Positions 38,239-44,017 of a stretch of DNA of 44,017 bases are shown here, one piece after another; the first letter of the stretch is position 1; each line of letters opens with the position of its first letter. Under the pieces are notes generated by a model that was not told the origin of the DNA, did not search any database, and saw only the letters and a list, made by a program, of their open reading frames with translations. The position numbers were made by a program, and so were the translations under genes. This DNA is from Flavobacteriales bacterium (lineage in GTDB: Bacteria > Bacteroidota > Bacteroidia > Flavobacteriales > JBLHRE01): positions 1 through 44,017 of the forward strand of contig JBLHRE010000001.1 in the NCBI GenBank assembly GCA_047625765.1, in the 5' to 3' direction.

Positions 38239-40953
38239 ATGGATAGATTTTCCTTTTTAGGAAGTGCAAATGGAGCTTTTGTAGAAGAAGTGTACGAACA
38301 GTATTTGGTCAGTCCAGATGCCGTTCAACCAAGTTGGAGAAGCTTTTTTCAAGGATATGACTTTGCTAGAGAAGTCTATAGTGAGGTTGCCGAAGAGGTG
38401 GTTCCCGAAAGCGTTACTAAAGAATTCCGCATTTTAGAGTTAATAGACGGATACCGAACAAGGGGCCATTTGTTTACCAAAACAAATCCCGTTCGAGAGC
38501 GAAGAAAATACAGTCCAAACTTGGCACTGGAGAACTTTGGACTTTCTTCCGATGATTTAGATACTATATTTCAAGCAGGGACAGAAGTCAACTTGGGTCC
38601 TGTTTCCTTAAGAAAAATTGTTCAGCATTTAGAAGGTGTTTATTGCCAATCTATTGGTGTTGAGTTTATGTATATCCGTGAAGTTGAAGAGCGCGAGTGG
38701 ATAAAGAACAGACTACACAAAAACGGAAATGAGCCAAACTTCCAACCAGAACAGAAAAAACAAATTTTAAGAAAGTTGAACCAAGCGGTTGCTTTCGAAA
38801 GTTTCTTACATACCAAATATGTTGGACAGAAGCGCTTTTCTTTGGAAGGGGCGGAATCTACAATACCTGCCCTAGATGCGATTATAGAAAAAGGTGCTGC
38901 TCTGGGTGTTGATGAGTTTGTAGTGGGAATGGCACATCGTGGCCGTTTGAATGTTTTGACAAATATTTTCAATAAAACATACCGAGATATTTTTACCGAA
39001 TTTGAGGGTAAAGAGTTTGAGGAAGCATTGTTTGATGGTGATGTAAAATACCACCTTGGATATACTTCATCGGTAGAGACAGATAACAAAAAGAAGGTAG
39101 AAATTACTTTAGCGCCAAACCCTTCGCATTTAGAAGCAGTTGATCCTGTGGTAGAAGGGATTGTAAGAGCTAAAATTAACCATAAGTACAATAGAGACGC
39201 TTCTAAGGTAGTTCCTATCTTGATTCATGGAGATGCTGCAATTGCAGGACAAGGTGTTGTGTATGAAGTGCTTCAAATGGCACAATTAGACGGATACGGA
39301 ACGGGAGGTACAATTCATTTGGTGATTAACAATCAGATTGGATTTACAACCAACTACTTAAATGCACGTTCTAGTACTTATTGTACCGATGTTGCTAAGA
39401 CAACTTTGTGTCCAGTAATGCACATCAACGGAGACGATGTTGAGGCGGTAGTACATGCTGTAGAGTTTGCAATTGAATACCGACAAAGGTATGGGAAGGA
39501 TGTCTTCCTTGATTTGTTATGCTACAGAAAGTATGGACATAACGAAGGTGATGAACCTCGTTTTACACAGCCATTATTATATAAAGCAATAGCTACCCAC
39601 GCCAATCCAAGAGAAATCTACAATCAAAAGCTGATGGCTGATGAGGTGGTTGGGGCAAATATTGTTAAGGAGATGGAGGCCGAATTTAAGGCTATGTTGG
39701 AAGAGAATTTTGGTGAAGCAAAACGCCAAAAACGCGCTAAAATCACTCCTTTCCTAGCCAAAGAATGGGAAGGAAAGATTGATGCGCAAGATTCGGATTT
39801 CGATAGCTCTCCTGAAACAGGAATGGCAGAAGCAGAATTAAAAAATATTGCAAATACCATATATACCTTACCTGAAGGGAAAAACATTTTCAAGAAAACG
39901 CGAAAATTATTAGCGGATAGAAAGAGGATGATTGAAGAAAGCAACTCATTAGATTGGGGTATGGCCGAATTAATGGCTTATGGTTCTTTACTTACCGAGG
40001 GGCATTCGGTGCGTATTAGCGGACAGGATGTAGAGAGAGGAACCTTCTCTCACCGTCATGCAATTTTAAAAGTAGAAGATTCTGAAGAAGAAATTTGTTT
40101 GTTAAACGAGATTGGGCCAGAACAGGCACAGTTTAGTATTTACAACTCATGTTTATCAGAATATGGGGTCTTAGGTTTTGATTATGGTTATGCCATGGCA
40201 ACACCTGATAGTTTAACGGTTTGGGAAGCACAGTTTGGAGATTTCTCTAATGGTTGTCAAATTATTATCGACCAGTTTATAAGTGCGGCAGAAGATAAGT
40301 GGAAGGTGCAGAACGGATTGGTGATGTTATTGCCACATGGTTACGAAGGGCAGGGAGCAGAACACTCTAGTGCTAGGATGGAACGCTACTTACACATGTG
40401 TGCAGAGAATAATATGCAGATGGCAAATGTTACCACGCCTGCCAATTTTTTTCACTTGATACGTAGACAGCTGAAACGTGATTTTAGAAAGCCATTGGTC
40501 GTATTTTCACCAAAGAGTTTATTGCGTCATGCTAAGTGTGTTTCTCCTTTAGAAGATTTAGTACAAGGTAAATTCCAAGAATTAATTGACGATACTACCG
40601 TTATTGCTGCAACCAAGGTTGTAATGGTTTCTGGTAAATTGTATTACGAATTAATAGAGGAACGCGAGCAAAGAGGATTAACGGATGTGGCTATTGTTCG
40701 TATGGAACAGTTGTACCCAATGCCCGAAAAAGCATTTGCAGCCTTGGTAGAGAAATATGGGAATGATGTAAAATGGATTTGGGCACAAGAAGAGCCCGAA
40801 AACATGGGAGCTTGGTCGCATATATTGCGTCACTGGCGTCATATCCCTTGGCAATGTGTTGCGCGTAGCGCAAGTGCAGCGCCAGCATCTGGTTCTAGCA
40901 AACGTGCAGCAGCACGTCAGGCAGAGCTTATTGGAAAAGTATTTGAAATTTAA
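38239..40953 (+). CDS. sucA: 2-oxoglutarate dehydrogenase E1 component
   Basis: 904 aa, with [22 protein letters not shown]..., the ThDP-binding region ...[13 protein letters not shown]... and ...[13 protein letters not shown]... typical of SucA. Confidence 0.97.
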   Translation: MDRFSFLGSANGAFVEEVYEQYLVSPDAVQPSWRSFFQGYDFAREVYSEVAEEVVPESVTKEFRILELIDGYRTRGHLFTKTNPVRERRKYSPNLALENFGLSSDDLDTIFQAGTEVNLGPVSLRKIVQHLEGVYCQSIGVEFMYIREVEEREWIKNRLHKNGNEPNFQPEQKKQILRKLNQAVAFESFLHTKYVGQKRFSLEGAESTIPALDAIIEKGAALGVDEFVVGMAHRGRLNVLTNIFNKTYRDIFTEFEGKEFEEALFDGDVKYHLGYTSSVETDNKKKVEITLAPNPSHLEAVDPVVEGIVRAKINHKYNRDASKVVPILIHGDAAIAGQGVVYEVLQMAQLDGYGTGGTIHLVINNQIGFTTNYLNARSSTYCTDVAKTTLCPVMHINGDDVEAVVHAVEFAIEYRQRYGKDVFLDLLCYRKYGHNEGDEPRFTQPLLYKAIATHANPREIYNQKLMADEVVGANIVKEMEAEFKAMLEENFGEAKRQKRAKITPFLAKEWEGKIDAQDSDFDSSPETGMAEAELKNIANTIYTLPEGKNIFKKTRKLLADRKRMIEESNSLDWGMAELMAYGSLLTEGHSVRISGQDVERGTFSHRHAILKVEDSEEEICLLNEIGPEQAQFSIYNSCLSEYGVLGFDYGYAMATPDSLTVWEAQFGDFSNGCQIIIDQFISAAEDKWKVQNGLVMLLPHGYEGQGAEHSSARMERYLHMCAENNMQMANVTTPANFFHLIRRQLKRDFRKPLVVFSPKSLLRHAKCVSPLEDLVQGKFQELIDDTTVIAATKVVMVSGKLYYELIEEREQRGLTDVAIVRMEQLYPMPEKAFAALVEKYGNDVKWIWAQEEPENMGAWSHILRHWRHIPWQCVARSASAAPASGSSKRAAARQAELIGKVFEI

Positions 40954-40970
40954 TCAAGATAGATCCTGTC

Positions 40971-42164
40971 ATGATAGTAGAAATGAAAGTCCCTAGTCCG
41001 GGAGAATCTATTTCGGAGGTAGAAATCGCCAACTGGTTAGTTGAAGATGGCGAATATGTTAGCAAAGATCAGGAGATCTGTGAGATCGACTCTGATAAAG
41101 CAACATTAACATTGGCAGCGGAAGAAAGCGGTGCCATTAAAATTTTAGTAGCTGCAGAAGAAGCTGTTGAAGTAGGCTCGATAGTATGTACTATCGATAC
41201 ATCTGCCGAAGGCTCTGCTGCGCCAGCTCCTAAGTCTGATGCTGCACCTGCGGCTGCAGCTCCAAATCCAATGCCAGTTGCAACGGAAACTTCTTATGCA
41301 ACAGGCCATGCTGGCCCAGGTACGCGCAAGAAAATGGCTGAAGCTGGAATTGCTATTCCTGCGGGAAGTGGTAAAGGTGGAAGAGTTACCAACGAAGATT
41401 TCGAGAATGCTGTTGCGGCTCGTGGAACCGGTCATGGTCCTAGAGGTGAAGAGCGTAAGAAGATGAAATCATTACGTAGAAAAATTGCGGAACGCTTGGT
41501 TGCGGTGAAAAATGAAACGGCTATGTTGACCACTTTTAACGAAGTGAACATGAAGCCTATCATGGATCTACGTAAACAATACAAAGTAGCATTTACAGAG
41601 AAGCACGGAGTAGGTTTAGGCTTTATGTCTTTCTTTACTTTGGCGGTAACACGTGCGCTTAAAATGTTTCCTGATGTGAATTCTCAGATCGATGGAACGG
41701 ATGTTATTTCTTTCGATTACAATGATATTGGAATTGCGGTTAGTTCTCCAAAAGGATTAATGGTACCAGTTGTGCGTAATGCAGAGTTGATGAATTTCAA
41801 CGAAATTGAGGCAGACATCAAGCGATTGGCTATTAAAGCAAGAGATGGGAAAATTGAAATTGACGATATGTTAGGTGGTACCTTTACCATTACCAATGGT
41901 GGTGTATTTGGTTCTATGTTGTCTACGCCAATTATCAACCCTCCACAGTCTGCTATTTTAGGAATGCACAATATCGTACAACGCCCAATGGCTGTTGATG
42001 GAGAAGTGGTTATTTTACCTATAATGTATGTGGCAGTGTCTTACGATCACAGAATTATTGATGGTAAAGAATCTGTTGGTTTCTTAGTCGCTGTTAAAGA
42101 GGCTTTGGAAGACCCAATCAATATCTTAATGAATGGAGATGCAAAAAAAGGCTTAGACCTTTAA
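40971..42164 (+). CDS. sucB: 2-oxoglutarate dehydrogenase E2 dihydrolipoyllysine-residue succinyltransferase
   Basis: Lipoyl domain with EIDSDKATL, an Ala/Pro linker, and a catalytic domain with the DHRIIDG motif. Confidence 0.97.
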   Translation: MIVEMKVPSPGESISEVEIANWLVEDGEYVSKDQEICEIDSDKATLTLAAEESGAIKILVAAEEAVEVGSIVCTIDTSAEGSAAPAPKSDAAPAAAAPNPMPVATETSYATGHAGPGTRKKMAEAGIAIPAGSGKGGRVTNEDFENAVAARGTGHGPRGEERKKMKSLRRKIAERLVAVKNETAMLTTFNEVNMKPIMDLRKQYKVAFTEKHGVGLGFMSFFTLAVTRALKMFPDVNSQIDGTDVISFDYNDIGIAVSSPKGLMVPVVRNAELMNFNEIEADIKRLAIKARDGKIEIDDMLGGTFTITNGGVFGSMLSTPIINPPQSAILGMHNIVQRPMAVDGEVVILPIMYVAVSYDHRIIDGKESVGFLVAVKEALEDPINILMNGDAKKGLDL

Positions 42165-42185
42165 GCGCTTTTCAATAAATATATA

Positions 42186-42231
42186 AATCCCATTCTGTTT
42201 CGGTTTAACCTTAACTGAGTGGGATTTTTTT
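42186..42231. terminator. probable bidirectional terminator between convergent sucB and the CxxC-protein gene
   Basis: An 11-bp stem AAATCCCATTC/GAGTGGGATTT (one G-U pair), a 21-nt loop, and a 7-T run on the plus strand. Confidence 0.5.
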
Positions 42232-42250
42232 GTCCTTGGAAATTGTAATT

Positions 42251-42607
42251 CTATTGTTTGGGCAAAGCCTTTTTCAAAGCTAAAATCAAATCTCCGATAT
42301 TTCCTTGTTTCGATATTTCATTAGAACCCATTAGCTCTTTGATTCCATCTTTATCCTTTAATAAGACGATTGGATAGCTGGTTGATTTGTAATCAGAGGT
42401 TTCCTCCCATGTGTCTTTGTGGTAGAAGTTTACTGGCATTTCTAAACTGGCAATAAATGCTTTCCATTCTTTTTTCTCTCCAAAATTACCATGAGTTAAA
42501 CTACACAGGTCGCAATTGTAGGTTTTGGGTGAAAATATTTTGTGCGCAAAATCACTTACCACCTCAAAAACACTTGAGCCAGCATTGTAAATAAAAATAA
42601 GTTCCAT
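42251..42607 (-). CDS. small conserved-looking hypothetical protein with a CxxC motif (118 aa)
   Basis: YNCDLCSLTHG motif. The start lies 3 nt after the pyrC stop, so it is probably co-transcribed with pyrC. Confidence 0.65.
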   Translation of the reverse strand: MELIFIYNAGSSVFEVVSDFAHKIFSPKTYNCDLCSLTHGNFGEKKEWKAFIASLEMPVNFYHKDTWEETSDYKSTSYPIVLLKDKDGIKELMGSNEISKQGNIGDLILALKKALPKQ

Positions 42608-42610
42608 GAT

Positions 42611-43948
42611 TTATCTTTCGAATGTCAAGCGCTGACCCAACACGGATTCGTCAAAATTTCCATTGTCATAAACGAGATGACCATTAACGAAAGTTTTCTC
42701 CACTTTGTTCTGGAAAGTTTGCCCTTCGAAAGGAGACCAGCCACACTGATACAGAATATTGTCTTTAGAAACAGTCCAAGGGTTTTTAGGGTCAACCAAA
42801 ACCAAATCTGCTTGGTAGCCTTCTCTAATAAATCCTCGGTTAGCCACTTGGAAACAATCGGCAGGGGCATGAGACATTTTTTCTACAGCCTTAACCATAG
42901 TAATGCGCTCTTGTAAAACCGACTCTAAAACTGCTGGTAGATGGTGTTGTACCAATGGCCCTCCAGATGGAGCGTTGAAGTATGTTCCAGATTTTTCTTC
43001 CAGAGTATGCGGAGCGTGATCTGTCGCTAAAATGTCAATTCTATCATCCAGCAAAGCTTTCCAAATACCTTCTTGGTCTGCTTTAGATTTTACCGCTGGG
43101 TTCCATTTGATAAAAGAGCCTTTGGTATCGTATTGCGAATCATCGAACCAAAGATGATGCACACATGCTTCGGCTGTAATTCTCTTTTCTTTTAGAGGAA
43201 TGTCGTTTCTAAAAAGTTCTGTTTCCTTGGCAGTTGAAATATGTAAGACGTGTAATCTTGCATTGGTTTTTTTAGCCAAGGCCACTGCTTTTGATGATGA
43301 CAGATAACAAGCCTCTACACTTCTTATTTCTGGATGACATCGCATAGGGACATCCTCGCCATACTTTGCCTTATAGATTTCGGTATTTTTACGAATCGTT
43401 GCTTCGTCTTCGCAATGTGTAGCAATAAGCATAGGGCTATTGATGAACAGCTGCTCTAAAACGGCTTCTTTGTCTACTAGCATATTACCAGTAGACGATC
43501 CCATAAAGACTTTTATTCCAGCAACATTTTTTGGATTGGTTTTAAGGACTTCTTGCAAGTTGTCGTTAGAAGCACCCATGAAAAAGGAATAGTTTGCCAA
43601 AGAGCCTTTTGCAGCTATTTGGTATTTGTCTTCTAATAATTCTTGAGTTAAGGCATTTGGAACTGTATTTGGCATTTCCATAAAGGAAGTAATTCCTCCT
43701 GCAACAGCGGCCTTTGCTTCTGATGCGATGGTAGCCTTATGCGTAAGACCAGGCTCGCGAAAATGCACTTGGTCATCAATTACTCCAGGAATTAAATACT
43801 TCCCTTCTGCATTTATTTCTCTGCAGGTACCATCCACCGAAATGGTTTGGCCAATTTTAGCAATACGCTCACCTTCAATAAGCACATCTCCAACAATAAT
43901 TTTCCCTTCGTTTACTATTTGTGCATTCTTGATAAGTGTACGTTTCAT
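42611..43948 (-). CDS. pyrC: dihydroorotase (amidohydrolase superfamily, long type)
   Basis: Metal-ligand motifs DDQVHFREPG and ATDHAPH. 445 aa. Confidence 0.88.
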   Translation of the reverse strand: MKRTLIKNAQIVNEGKIIVGDVLIEGERIAKIGQTISVDGTCREINAEGKYLIPGVIDDQVHFREPGLTHKATIASEAKAAVAGGITSFMEMPNTVPNALTQELLEDKYQIAAKGSLANYSFFMGASNDNLQEVLKTNPKNVAGIKVFMGSSTGNMLVDKEAVLEQLFINSPMLIATHCEDEATIRKNTEIYKAKYGEDVPMRCHPEIRSVEACYLSSSKAVALAKKTNARLHVLHISTAKETELFRNDIPLKEKRITAEACVHHLWFDDSQYDTKGSFIKWNPAVKSKADQEGIWKALLDDRIDILATDHAPHTLEEKSGTYFNAPSGGPLVQHHLPAVLESVLQERITMVKAVEKMSHAPADCFQVANRGFIREGYQADLVLVDPKNPWTVSKDNILYQCGWSPFEGQTFQNKVEKTFVNGHLVYDNGNFDESVLGQRLTFER

Positions 43949-43954
43949 CGCGTA

Positions 43955-44017
43955 TTATTTGTAATTTTTAAAAAGACTATTGATTTTCATGCTGATTACA
44001 CCAAAGAAAGCTTCTTT
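43955..44017 (-). CDS. 3' end (20 codons) of an unidentified minus-strand gene running off the window
   Basis: Only one minus-strand frame is open to the window edge (KEAFFGVISMKINSLFKNYK*). Its stop lies 6 nt before the pyrC ATG. It is too short to identify. Confidence 0.3.
   Translation of the reverse strand, partial: KEAFFGVISMKINSLFKNYK

Noticed and set aside
38640-39191. 183-aa antisense ORF inside sucA
   Set aside because: Shadow ORF opposite a highly conserved enzyme gene, with no motifs.
41145-41466. Overlapping ORFs on both strands in the sucB linker region
   Set aside because: They coincide with the Ala/Pro-rich interdomain linker of E2. This is compositional openness, not genes.
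1-44017. Search for tRNA, rRNA, tmRNA, CRISPR arrays, toxin-antitoxin or defence-system gene pairs
   Set aside because: None of the intergenic regions shows cloverleaf-like or rRNA-like sequence or spaced repeats. All multi-gene blocks other than the islet are recognisable housekeeping genes.

Overview
This is a low-GC Bacteroidota chromosome segment, Flavobacteriia-like: it carries gldB-gldC, T9SS C-terminal sorting domains and TAnnTTTG-type promoter boxes. It is almost entirely housekeeping. In order: gldB (5'-truncated) and gldC; engB and an alpha/beta hydrolase on the minus strand; a complete dcw cluster (mraZ-rsmH-ftsL-ftsI-murE-mraY-murD-ftsW-murG-murC-ftsQ-ftsA-ftsZ) with a three-box MraZ operator upstream; a YqeY/GatB-like gene; rplM-rpsI; rpsB-tsf; pyrH-frr; a DUF5686-type putative outer-membrane protein; a tightly packed MMPL/RND transporter-rfbA-polyprenyl synthase block; a membrane J-domain protein with a coupled small ORF; sucA-sucB; and pyrC with a small CxxC protein on the minus strand. 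I found no rRNA, tRNA, CRISPR array, transposase or integrase. The one clearly accessory locus is a 6.6-kb islet between tsf and pyrH. It encodes two large secreted proteins of unknown function (1563 aa and 592 aa) whose reading frames overlap by 44 nt, and both end in T9SS type-A sorting domains. The islet is bracketed by perfect 83-bp direct repeats made of the last five tsf codons, the stop codon and the tsf terminator. Smaller oddities are a repeat-containing ~100-aa tail on ribosomal protein S2, a J-domain whose homology starts upstream of any canonical start codon, a PASTA domain on FtsI, and a 13-bp perfect palindrome in the mraZ control region. All domain calls come from reading the translated ORFs by eye; no searches were run.
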